Shown here: positions 38,139 to 47,009 of the stretch, in pieces | Numbering within the stretch: position 1 is the stretch's first letter | Layout of the letters: the number at the start of each line of letters is the position of its first letter | From: Acidobacteriota bacterium | GTDB taxonomy: Bacteria; Acidobacteriota; UBA6911; RPQK01; JADFOI01 | Assembly: GCA_963663035.1 (NCBI GenBank) | Contig: OY760074.1 | Coordinates: 1,312,001-1,376,000 of the forward strand | Reading direction: 5' to 3' | Length of the DNA: 64,000 nt | Position numbers and translations under genes: made by a program | Notes under the pieces: generated by a model | What the model saw: only the letters and a program-made list of their open reading frames with translations | Told to the model about the DNA's origin: nothing | Databases searched by the model: none

Positions 38139-38711
38139 GTGAGTTACTTAGGAGGAGGAATTCAGCTGAGGAGATGGCTATTAACCGGTGCTCTTTGCTG
38201 TGCTCTTCTGGGTGCTTCACACGCTCAGGTGGAGCCGCAGGAACCCGAAATCCCCACCTTAACCCTCACCGTGGGTGACACCTCAGGAAAGATCGATGAG
38301 GAAGTTGCCGTTCCCATCGAGGTGACCGCGAATGCCAATCTCAGGGAGCCATTCAAGGTCGTTCTTCGCTTTCCACCCAGCTCGTTACAATACACAAGGT
38401 TGGGTTTCGGCCCGCTGCTAGGCAAAGCAGATTGGAAGCTCGAGTCTGAGTTAAGGACATCTCCAGCAGCGTTCGATATGTCCTTTCTGGAAATCTCCGT
38501 TGAGCCGGGAGAGGGCGATTTTTTCCCTCGGGGGGGTCTTATAGCCTATGCCTATTTTATAATTGTGGCAACGCTTCCAGATCACCTGATAGAACTCTCT
38601 CCCAGTCTACGCATCCTGGATGGAGATTTCCCTGTGCAAGTGGAAACAGCACCGGCCGAGATCATGGCCTTCCCTGAGGCCATGACGGCATGCCTCTTTT
38701 ATATGCACTGA
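38139..38711 (+). CDS. secreted cohesin-like domain protein with C-terminal CxFYMH
   Basis: Signal peptide; LTVGDTSG..EVAVPIEV; ends ACLFYMH. Confidence 0.6.
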   Translation: MSYLGGGIQLRRWLLTGALCCALLGASHAQVEPQEPEIPTLTLTVGDTSGKIDEEVAVPIEVTANANLREPFKVVLRFPPSSLQYTRLGFGPLLGKADWKLESELRTSPAAFDMSFLEISVEPGEGDFFPRGGLIAYAYFIIVATLPDHLIELSPSLRILDGDFPVQVETAPAEIMAFPEAMTACLFYMH

Positions 38712-38724
38712 AACAGAAGCGGGT

Positions 38725-39432
38725 TCACCCGGCGGATTCACCGGGCGGCGGGCTGGGTAGATCCCGATCCACCTGCCAGGCAGACGGGTCCTCCAGGTAA
38801 CGGTTCACTTCAGCTAAGGAATCTTCCGAGAGCACACCCATTGCCTGCCCTATCTTCAAACAGGTGGAAAGCCCCACCAGCGAATGGAGTGTGACACCCA
38901 GCTTCTCTAAAGTCTGAGCACCATTTTGCTCACGGTCCACCAAAACCAGACAATCAGAGATAGTGCAGCCGGCCTCTCGAATCCCCTCAATGAACCCAAC
39001 TTTACTTCCTCCATCCGTCATGAGATCTTCAACCAGGAGCACTTTGCCTCTGGGCACTCCTTCCAGGCGCTGACTTTCGCCATAATCCTTTGGCTTCTTT
39101 CGAACGTAGAGCAGCGGTTTATTCAGCTTCTCTGCCAGCCAGGCGGCAAATGGAATGCCGGCCGTTTCGCCGCCCGCGACGCAGTCGCAGTCGAGTTCCC
39201 TTTCCTGGTAAAGGTAGCGGGCGAAGCCGATGAGGATGTCACGGGTGCTGGGAAAGGAAATCAAGAGGCGACAGTTGATATAGATCGGGGCAAAGTCCCC
39301 CGAAGCTAGCCGAAAGGGTTGGCGCTCGTTGACCTGGATCGCCTTGTGGCGCCACAAGAACTGGCCGGCCATCTCAGCAATCTGTCTCTCAATCTCCCCC
39401 CGGAGCTTCTCCTGACTGTCCCGATTCTCCAC
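38725..39432 (-). CDS. pyrE: orotate phosphoribosyltransferase
   Basis: LASG..APIYINCR, GGETAGIP, YVRKKPKDYG, LVEDLMTDGGS. Confidence 0.93.
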   Translation of the reverse strand: MENRDSQEKLRGEIERQIAEMAGQFLWRHKAIQVNERQPFRLASGDFAPIYINCRLLISFPSTRDILIGFARYLYQERELDCDCVAGGETAGIPFAAWLAEKLNKPLLYVRKKPKDYGESQRLEGVPRGKVLLVEDLMTDGGSKVGFIEGIREAGCTISDCLVLVDREQNGAQTLEKLGVTLHSLVGLSTCLKIGQAMGVLSEDSLAEVNRYLEDPSAWQVDRDLPSPPPGESAG

Positions 39433-39447
39433 AGTTGTCCTCGAATG

Positions 39448-40563
39448 TTAACGTGTCCCTAAGAAATCGGCCAGTCTGGCGACGCCGTTTTCTTTCAAAA
39501 TCCTCATCAGTCCCCGGTTGGTCATTGCCGCCAGAACCGGACCTCTGTAAATCAAGCCGGTGAAAACCTGCACCAGCGTGGCTCCCAGTTTCAGGTACTC
39601 CCAGACCTCCTGAGCGGGATGCTTCTCTGGATCACAGCCGACTCCGCCGCAGGCAATAATGGGAAACCGCCCTCCAGTCCGAGCAAAGACTTTCTCTGTC
39701 ATCTGCTGAGTATACTTTTTGAGGGGCCGTCCACTCAGACCGCCCACCGGGAAATCCTCCAGCAGGGCTGGCGGCGTTTTCAGGTTTTCCCGCCTGGCCG
39801 TGGTGTTGCCGATCACAAAGCCGTCGATGGCATACTCCTCGGCCAGCCTCAGGAGACTGTCCAGTGCAGAATCCCCGAGATCTGGAGAAAGCTTCAGCAA
39901 AACAGCCTTCTTCTTGTGGGGATCCTCCAGCTGCGCCCTGATCTCCTTCAGGCCCTTTAAGAAGGGCTCCAAGAGTTCCGGATCCTCAAAGGTCTTTCCC
40001 TCCACCGTATTGGGACAGCTCAAATTCAGAGTTAGGAAATCGGCCTGCGGGTAAAACTTTCTAAAGTTCTCCAGGTACTCCTGGATAGCTTGATCTCCCG
40101 CAATCTCCGGGTCAGCCGTCTTGACCAGATTGATCCCGGTCGGGATCTGGAATTGTAGGTCGCGGAGTCGTCTGTATACGATTTCCGCCCCCTCGCTGTT
40201 GAGACCCAAACGGTTGATCAGACCCCGGTCGCGGGGAAGTCTGAGCAAAGTCGGTGATCGATTTCCTGGCCAGGGGCGAAGGCTGATGGATCCCACCTCC
40301 ATGTGCCCAAAGCCCAGAGCGGCTATCACCTCATGCAGCTGGCCCTGCTTATCAAAGCCGGCCGCCAGACCCAGGGGATTCTTGAAGTCCAATCCCCACA
40401 CTGAGACACTCAAGGCCTCAAACTGGGCGTGATAGATCAGATGCAAGAGACGCCGAGCCAGGGAAGATTTGGAAAGAGTGTGACCTATTCGGAGGGTCTG
40501 CTTGTGGACAAACTCAGGATCCAGAGCAAAGAGGAGGGGGCGCAGAAGGTTATCGTAAAGCAA
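39448..40563 (-). CDS. pyrD: quinone-dependent dihydroorotate dehydrogenase
   Basis: NPLGLAAGFDK, INRLGLNS, NLSCPNT, KLSPD, NTT, GGLSG. Confidence 0.95.
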   Translation of the reverse strand: MLYDNLLRPLLFALDPEFVHKQTLRIGHTLSKSSLARRLLHLIYHAQFEALSVSVWGLDFKNPLGLAAGFDKQGQLHEVIAALGFGHMEVGSISLRPWPGNRSPTLLRLPRDRGLINRLGLNSEGAEIVYRRLRDLQFQIPTGINLVKTADPEIAGDQAIQEYLENFRKFYPQADFLTLNLSCPNTVEGKTFEDPELLEPFLKGLKEIRAQLEDPHKKKAVLLKLSPDLGDSALDSLLRLAEEYAIDGFVIGNTTARRENLKTPPALLEDFPVGGLSGRPLKKYTQQMTEKVFARTGGRFPIIACGGVGCDPEKHPAQEVWEYLKLGATLVQVFTGLIYRGPVLAAMTNRGLMRILKENGVARLADFLGTR

Positions 40564-40578
40564 ATCCCCTCCCCCTCC

Positions 40579-42873
40579 TCATCCCAACACCTTCTTCACA
40601 ACCGATTTCACCACACCCTCATACCGTTTCACCATCATCACCGGGACCCGGGCATAGCGGGCAACTTTCTCTGGTATTTCGCCAAAGATAACACTGGAAA
40701 AGAGGCCCTCCTCGGACACACCCAAGATAATGAGATCATAGTTTCCACCTGCCCTGGCCAGGCCGGATGCCACCTTTTCAGACTCGATCAGCGTACGTCT
40801 AACGTTGCTGTCTAACTCCGTTTCCTGGACGGTTTTCTCGATCCAGTCGTAGGCACTTTCCCTCACTTCCTGGGTCGCTCCCCGAGGAACCACATAACAA
40901 CTGGTCACCTGGGTGCCGTATTCCTCCTGATAAATCGCAGCAAATTGAGCGGCCAGTGCGGCATGGAAGCCACCGGCCGTTGGGATCAGGATTCTCTCCA
41001 GTGACAGATCACCCTCGAGCTTCACCGTAATCAAATCACAGGGGGCATGGTTGACAACCTTGTCGGTGACTTCCCCGATGATTCGATCCCGCCTGGTGGT
41101 GTGTCCTTTCCATCCCATGAGAATCAAGGAGGCCTTTTCCGCTTCCGCTGTGCGGAGTATGCCGTCGTAAACGCGGTGGGCTATCCGCAGGGCTGACCGA
41201 GTCGGTACCTGGGCCGTCTTGCAATATTGAAGGGCTTGCTTCAGAAGCGGGGTCTTGTGATGAACAAAGCGCATACCCTCATGAATGGGTAGACTCTGGG
41301 GAACGTCGATCACCCCCAGAGCAATGATCTCTCCGTTATGGGCCTTGGCGATGGGAACGGCAAGCTTCATCAAGGGAATCACGTGATCGGGATTGTGCAG
41401 GGGAATGAGAATCCGGTAGTCGTATTCTGGGGTCTCCTTGGGCAGTCCCACTTCAAGCACCTGGGGCATCTCTGGGGCGGTGACCTTCTCAAAATGAACA
41501 AAGTATATGAAAATCCCCACCAGAAGCCATGCCACAGCGATATACCACGAAAAAGGATCAAACTTATACTGATAAACCGCCAGCACCAGATTGAGCACAA
41601 TGGCAACGATTGGCGTTACCGGATAGAAAGGAACGCGAAAGCCCGCCTTGACCTCGGGAAACTGCCGGCGAAGCGAAATCAAGGAAAGATTCACCAGGCT
41701 GAAAGTCAACAAAAACATGACACTCGCCGCCGATCCAATAATGTGGATGGGAAAAAGCATGGCCATGATGAGCAAAAGGACACCTGTCACGCCCACCGCG
41801 ATGTGGGGAGTGCGCCGAGTCTCATGGATGGCGCCCAGTGCAACGGGCAGCATCTTGTCCCGGCCCATGGAGAAAGCCACCCGTGAGGAAGCCAGGACGG
41901 TGGCGTTGAGCGCCGAAAGGGTTGAAAGCAGTCCTCCAACGATAATGAGCACCACCCCAAATGAGGGCATGAAGTTCTCCGCTGCCTTAACAAAGGCGGT
42001 TTCCTGGTACCTTCCCAAAAACTCCCAGGACGTCCCCGTTTCGGGCTGAATGGCTCCGATGCAGACCACCACAATGAGCAGATAGAAGACTACGGTCACG
42101 GAAAGGGAGATCAACGTGGCCCTGGGAATCGTCTTCTTGGGTTGCTTGATCTCCTCAGCCACGGTAGCGATGAGGTCATACCCTTCAAAAGCGATAAAGG
42201 TGAGTCCCATCGCCAACACAACGCCGCTGAAGCCATTGGGTAAAAAGGGTCTGAAGCTCGATACCGCTGGTGTCGGGATATTCAGAATCTGCTTGAGACC
42301 ATAGAAGATAAAAATAGCCAGGATCACCATCTTGGCGACGGTGAGAAGATTTTCCACCTTCCCCGTTAAAGCGGTGCCACGCATGTTGATGGCAATGACA
42401 GCCACGCCAATGAACAACGTTACCAGCGTGAGCGGGATCTCTTCGCCCAGAAGCCCAAAGACCGCAGCGGAGAGAAGCGGAAAGTAGCTGTGGATAAATT
42501 CCCAGAAGTAACTCCCGAACCCCAAAGCGTAGAGGCTGCAGGCGATGACATAGCAGAACCAGAGCATCCAGCCGGAGACAAAGCCCACCGCGCCCGGAAA
42601 CGCCTTTCTGATATAGGAGTAGCCTCCCCCTGATTCAGGGTAGGTTGAAGCCAGCTCAGCGTAGCTGAGAGCTGTGAGAAGGGTCACAAAGCCATTGAGG
42701 ATAAAAGCCAGGAGTGCGCCTGGGCCCGCTACGCCGGAAGCAATGCCGGTGAGAACGAAAATTCCCGCCCCAATCATGGCCCCCACACCGATCATGGTGG
42801 CGTCAAAAAGGCCAAGATCGCGGGAAAAGGTGACCTCGGGGCTGCGATTGTTATTCTCTTCGGGCTTCTCCAT
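40579..42873 (-). CDS. APC amino acid permease fused to tandem universal stress domains
   Basis: GAMIGAGIF, YAEL..YP.SGGGY, FIAFEG; C-terminal ILIP/ILMGW/PCD and ILIPTAGG..GEIPEKV USP repeats. Confidence 0.9.
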   Translation of the reverse strand: MEKPEENNNRSPEVTFSRDLGLFDATMIGVGAMIGAGIFVLTGIASGVAGPGALLAFILNGFVTLLTALSYAELASTYPESGGGYSYIRKAFPGAVGFVSGWMLWFCYVIACSLYALGFGSYFWEFIHSYFPLLSAAVFGLLGEEIPLTLVTLFIGVAVIAINMRGTALTGKVENLLTVAKMVILAIFIFYGLKQILNIPTPAVSSFRPFLPNGFSGVVLAMGLTFIAFEGYDLIATVAEEIKQPKKTIPRATLISLSVTVVFYLLIVVVCIGAIQPETGTSWEFLGRYQETAFVKAAENFMPSFGVVLIIVGGLLSTLSALNATVLASSRVAFSMGRDKMLPVALGAIHETRRTPHIAVGVTGVLLLIMAMLFPIHIIGSAASVMFLLTFSLVNLSLISLRRQFPEVKAGFRVPFYPVTPIVAIVLNLVLAVYQYKFDPFSWYIAVAWLLVGIFIYFVHFEKVTAPEMPQVLEVGLPKETPEYDYRILIPLHNPDHVIPLMKLAVPIAKAHNGEIIALGVIDVPQSLPIHEGMRFVHHKTPLLKQALQYCKTAQVPTRSALRIAHRVYDGILRTAEAEKASLILMGWKGHTTRRDRIIGEVTDKVVNHAPCDLITVKLEGDLSLERILIPTAGGFHAALAAQFAAIYQEEYGTQVTSCYVVPRGATQEVRESAYDWIEKTVQETELDSNVRRTLIESEKVASGLARAGGNYDLIILGVSEEGLFSSVIFGEIPEKVARYARVPVMMVKRYEGVVKSVVKKVLG

Positions 42874-42910
42874 ACCGCCTGGAAAGTTTAACAGACCAGA
42901 AAACTTCCAG

Positions 42911-42960
42911 GCGGCGACTGCTGCACTTCGTCACGAAAACCTCTGCATAATCCCGGCTAG
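42911..42960. repeat. half-copy of the palindromic element
   Basis: GCGGCGACTGCTGCACTTCGTCACGAAAACCTCTGCATAATCCCGGCTAG matches the end of copy E. Confidence 0.7.
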
Positions 42961-42979
42961 CTGGCTTCCGGTGAGGAAC

Positions 42980-43183
42980 TCAACCTTCGTTTGGAAAGTC
43001 CATCTGGGCAAGATAGGCGGTGAGAGCCACCCAATGCTCGTCCAGCTTCCAATTCTCGCTGGCGCTACTGCCGCCTCCAGTTAGGGAACTGGCACGCCCG
43101 ATTCTGGGAGCTCTTACCCCCAAGCGGTTTTTCTGACTCCACGAGTTCCGACTGTGCTTCTCCTGAACTCTTAGATTTTTCAT
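42980..43183 (-). CDS. small hypothetical protein (67 aa)
   Basis: GGAGG 7 nt before ATG; divergent from DUF5343-like gene. Confidence 0.4.
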   Translation of the reverse strand: MKNLRVQEKHSRNSWSQKNRLGVRAPRIGRASSLTGGGSSASENWKLDEHWVALTAYLAQMDFPNEG

Positions 43184-43302
43184 GTCTAAACCTCCATAAT
43201 TGATGCCAAATTGTGTCCGACTTTAATTGCATTTGCAAAAAATGTCGGACATTGATATAAAAATCCAAGAAAGTGATATTTAAACGGTAGATGGAGAGCT
43301 GA

Positions 43303-44013
43303 ATGGGCAGAAGAAAGTCTGAGCGGATACCACCCTATGTCTCTTATCGGACATTCAGCAATTTCCTGGCTGAGCTGCGGGCTCGGGGCATTCCCTCCAG
43401 AATTGACCGGAGCGTCATGGCCCACAAATCGGGCACCATCCAGTCTCAGCTCTTACTGACACTTGCCTACCTGGGTCTGGTGAAGGACTCCGGCCAAATC
43501 ACACCAAGACTGCAAAAACTCCTGGAGAGCGAGGAGGCGGAGAGAAAGGCCCTGCTGCGTGAAATCATCCAGACGTCTTACGACTTTGCCTTTGACAGGA
43601 ACTTCGGCTTGAAGACAGCCACTTCAAATCAGGCCGAGGAAGTTTTTCAGAAAACAGGGGCTTCCGGTGAGACGGTACGCAGGTGCATCGCCTTTTTTCT
43701 GGCGGCTGCCAAAGACAGTGGAATCCCCGTCTCTTCTTACATCAAACCCCATCGACGAAGGAAATCCACCTCCAGTAAGCGGGCTCAGTCCAGCCAGAAC
43801 ACGCCCCCAACAGCCCTCGCCTCAATCGACGATTCTGATGGGGGATGCGAGTCCAGAAAAGTTCAATTGAAAAGCGGGGGAACTCTGAGACTTGAGCTGT
43901 CCATTGACATCTTCGACCTGGACGAAAAGGACCGCGAGTTCATCTTCAGGCTGATCGATGAGCTCAAAGAGTACGAAAAGGATAGCCAAGCGGCCAACCA
44001 GCCTTTACGCTAA
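43303..44013 (+). CDS. DUF5343-like protein
   Basis: PPYVSYRTFSNFL...IPSRIDRS..., T..RCIAFFL.AA..SGI; C-terminal LKSGGTLRL..D.F.L...DREFIF.LID. Confidence 0.65.
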   Translation: MGRRKSERIPPYVSYRTFSNFLAELRARGIPSRIDRSVMAHKSGTIQSQLLLTLAYLGLVKDSGQITPRLQKLLESEEAERKALLREIIQTSYDFAFDRNFGLKTATSNQAEEVFQKTGASGETVRRCIAFFLAAAKDSGIPVSSYIKPHRRRKSTSSKRAQSSQNTPPTALASIDDSDGGCESRKVQLKSGGTLRLELSIDIFDLDEKDREFIFRLIDELKEYEKDSQAANQPLR

Positions 44014-44032
44014 ACTCCTCAGGGAAACTAAC

Positions 44033-44183
44033 AGCCGGGATTATGCATAAATTATCTACTACAGTGCCGCAATCATCCACGCTGACTGCGTTGTGCGACC
44101 CGCACAAGCGGGTACCCCTTGCACGCCTTGTCATCGCGGCGCCTGCTGCACTTCGTCACGAAAACCTATGCATAACCGCGGCT
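44033..44183. repeat. palindromic intergenic element copy E (reverse orientation, near-identical to copy B)
   Basis: AGCCGGGATTATGCATA...TATGCATAACCGCGGCT. Confidence 0.85.
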
Positions 44184-44195
44184 AGTGCCATGTGA

Positions 44196-45437
44196 TTGTC
44201 TGGAGGAATGACTGTGCATACAAGAAATACCGCCATCATTTGCTTCGGTTTTGTTTTCAGCCTGCAGGGAGCTGTCTTCTTGTGGGGCCAGGATCGGGAG
44301 GAACCGGAACCCACGGAATATGTTCAAAATCTGGAACAACGAATCCAGATCCTGGAGCAGACGGTCCAGCTGCTTCAGGAGCAGCTGCAGACGAATACCT
44401 CCGCAAGAGAAGATGCGTCGGGCAGCGCTACCTCTCAGGCCTCCGGGGCACCTGGCCAGCCTTTGGCTCAAGACAGTTCCGCAGACCCACCGGTAGACAT
44501 CAGCGGCTACGCTTTCGGTGATTATTACTGGATGGCAGCCAACCATGACAGCACCCTGGAGGACCGCAATGGATTCCAGTTTCGCCGCATTTATCTGACC
44601 TTCGATAAATCGTTGAGTGCTGCCTTTGATGCTCGTGTACGACTTGAGATGAGGTCGCCGGGTGACTTCACTTCAACGACTAACTTGGATCCGTTTGTCA
44701 AGAATGCTTACCTGCGCTGGAAGCTTTCCAACCGCCATCAGGCCCACATTGGATTGTCCCCTACCCCCACCCTGAATGTGGTGGACGATTTCTGGGGCTA
44801 CCGTTGGGTGGAGAAAACCCTGCTGGATCTGCAAAAGATGGGTACTTCCGCGGACATGGGTTTGGCTCTCAGGGGCAGTCTGGATTCTGGCGAGCAGCTG
44901 CGCTACCACTTGATGGTCAGCAACGGCTCGGGTACGCGAGGTGAATCCGATAAGGGAAAGAAGGTCTTGTTCTCCCTGGGATTGTACCCCAGCGACTCAG
45001 TGATTCTGGAGTTCTACAGCGACTATGAAAGCCGTCCCCTCAATACTAATCGGCGGACCTTTCAAGGCTTCCTGGCTTACCAGGCACGTTGGGGACGTTT
45101 TGGACTTCAGTATGTACATCAGATCCGCCACGGGACCCCGGATCTGCAATTGGATGCTCTCTCACTCTTTGGCGTGGCCAGGCTTTCCCCAGCCGCCTCC
45201 TTTTTCTGGCGCTATGACAGAATGTTTGATCCCAATCCGGATGGAGCCGGAATCTCCTACATTCCCTTTCATCCCGGTGCCAAATCCAACTTTTTTTTGA
45301 CCGGCATCGATCTGAAGGTTCATGAACGGTTTAGCCTGCTGCCCAATCTCGAGGTGGTTCGCTACGATCAATTACAGGACGGCACTCGACCGAAAAGCGA
45401 TCTCATTCCCAGAGTGACTTTCTTTTTCAGATTCTAG
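44196..45437 (+). CDS. outer-membrane porin-like beta-barrel with N-terminal coiled coil
   Basis: Signal peptide, coiled coil, GFQFRRIYLT, FVKNAYL, terminal FFFRF. Confidence 0.75.
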   Translation: MSGGMTVHTRNTAIICFGFVFSLQGAVFLWGQDREEPEPTEYVQNLEQRIQILEQTVQLLQEQLQTNTSAREDASGSATSQASGAPGQPLAQDSSADPPVDISGYAFGDYYWMAANHDSTLEDRNGFQFRRIYLTFDKSLSAAFDARVRLEMRSPGDFTSTTNLDPFVKNAYLRWKLSNRHQAHIGLSPTPTLNVVDDFWGYRWVEKTLLDLQKMGTSADMGLALRGSLDSGEQLRYHLMVSNGSGTRGESDKGKKVLFSLGLYPSDSVILEFYSDYESRPLNTNRRTFQGFLAYQARWGRFGLQYVHQIRHGTPDLQLDALSLFGVARLSPAASFFWRYDRMFDPNPDGAGISYIPFHPGAKSNFFLTGIDLKVHERFSLLPNLEVVRYDQLQDGTRPKSDLIPRVTFFFRF

Positions 45438-45444
45438 GGGCTAG

Positions 45445-46257
45445 CTACCGCACTTGCAGGTAGATTCTGCTCAAGCGGAAGGTTTCTTCGTCCAGGTTAA
45501 GCTCTTGGCGGAGCTCCTCCATCGACTGGAACTCTTTTCGGGATCTCTGTTGTAGGAGCCGATCAATGTCCCTTCTGGTGAGAAACTCCAATCTTTGAAA
45601 GGCATGGGCAGGGACAAGATTGAGGTCCATGGGGACCTGCGTAATGGGATTATTTTCGCCCGCGTGAAGTGCCAGATAATCAACAATGGGATCGATATCC
45701 TGCTCCGAAATCGGCGCGCTGAATTCGTCGATCATCCAGGTTACAGTGGTGTACCAGGCATCCCAACTTTTCCTGCTCCGTACGATGACGTCCAATCCAT
45801 GGCAGCTGGTGCAGTTGAGCACTACAAAGGCCTTGGCATCGTCCTTGGGGAGCAGCATCGCCCAGTCCACTTCTTCTCCAGCCCCCTCATCGAGGGCCCC
45901 TGGCTGGCGGGCCCAGCCTCCAGTTTCTAGTGGGCTCCAATGCTCACCCAGGTAACTGACAATCTTTTCGATCTCCTCTTCCGAGAGCTGCGCTCCCATC
46001 TCCCCCACCATCTTCCCAATCACAGAAAGCCATTCCTCCTCAGTTTGTCTGAGCATCAAGGCTTTTCCCAAGGTGTGACAGGTTGTACAGAGTGTCTCGA
46101 CGTAGCCTTTTCCATCCCCAGCGGGCAGGACCTGGCCCCAGTTGACATCCTGAGCGGCCAGGTATCCAGGCGGAACAGGCGACTGATTCCAGAGGAAGAC
46201 CACCCCTACTGCCAGCCAGAGCCGTTTCCACGTAAGCCCTTTCATCCCGCTTGGCAC
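45445..46257 (-). CDS. diheme cytochrome c with C-terminal helix-hairpin-helix-like (ComEA/PsbU-type) domain
   Basis: CTTCH..M and CTSCH..M; MDLN...RKEFQSMEEL tail. Confidence 0.75.
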   Translation of the reverse strand: MPSGMKGLTWKRLWLAVGVVFLWNQSPVPPGYLAAQDVNWGQVLPAGDGKGYVETLCTTCHTLGKALMLRQTEEEWLSVIGKMVGEMGAQLSEEEIEKIVSYLGEHWSPLETGGWARQPGALDEGAGEEVDWAMLLPKDDAKAFVVLNCTSCHGLDVIVRSRKSWDAWYTTVTWMIDEFSAPISEQDIDPIVDYLALHAGENNPITQVPMDLNLVPAHAFQRLEFLTRRDIDRLLQQRSRKEFQSMEELRQELNLDEETFRLSRIYLQVR

Positions 46258-46262
46258 TTGGC

Positions 46263-46976
46263 CTAATCAGAATGCCAGTGGATTTTCATCCATTTGGCAC
46301 GACGCTCCTCTTCTTCTGCCCAACTGAGCGGTCCTGGATAGTTGGCCACGTCCCAACCCGTTACCAGCTCAGAGGTGTTGGGATTGATGATCTGGTGCTC
46401 ATCCCCAGCCGCCAGCACGGGAATTTTCCTCCCATCGCGCGGCACTTTATGCTCTGGAAAGTTTTGATAAAAGACGGTGAAGACCCGCAGGCGCACCAGA
46501 CGAAAGATCTTCTGGACTGTTTCCAGGTCCTCATTTCCAAGCACCTCGACCAGACGCCCGGAGGCGGCGCCGGGATCGATAGGCGCGAAAGAGCCAGTCG
46601 GAAGGCTGCTGGCAACCGATTGCAGAAAATCAGCCCGTTCTGCTTCACCCAGGTCTACAAACGATTTCCCGGCAAAGAACTCTCTGCTGGCCGAATTAAA
46701 GACGTTGAACTCCTGTTGTTCCAAGCCCTGCAATCCTGCCAGGACCTCAGTGGTGATCCCATAGCGCTCTAATCGTCTATAGCCCGGGTAGCCCGCCGCG
46801 GTGGGAATCAGCGTATCCCCCAAGGCTCCTACAAAATCCTCTCGATCAACGGCAGGCACATCACTGGCCGTGGAGCCTTGAGACGCCTGCAGCTGGGACA
46901 TCATTCCACCCAGGGAAAGGGTTCCAACACTCGTTTTCTTGAGAAACCATCGTCGTGATAGCAGTTGAAATTTCAT
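46263..46976 (-). CDS. Tat-signal small subunit (gluconate 2-dehydrogenase subunit 3-like)
   Basis: SRRWFLK; DTLIP; FVDLGEAERADFL; GW...YPGP. Confidence 0.7.
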   Translation of the reverse strand: MKFQLLSRRWFLKKTSVGTLSLGGMMSQLQASQGSTASDVPAVDREDFVGALGDTLIPTAAGYPGYRRLERYGITTEVLAGLQGLEQQEFNVFNSASREFFAGKSFVDLGEAERADFLQSVASSLPTGSFAPIDPGAASGRLVEVLGNEDLETVQKIFRLVRLRVFTVFYQNFPEHKVPRDGRKIPVLAAGDEHQIINPNTSELVTGWDVANYPGPLSWAEEEERRAKWMKIHWHSD

Positions 46977-47009
46977 AAAGCTCTCCTCATTTCGATATCG
47001 TATGAAGGT

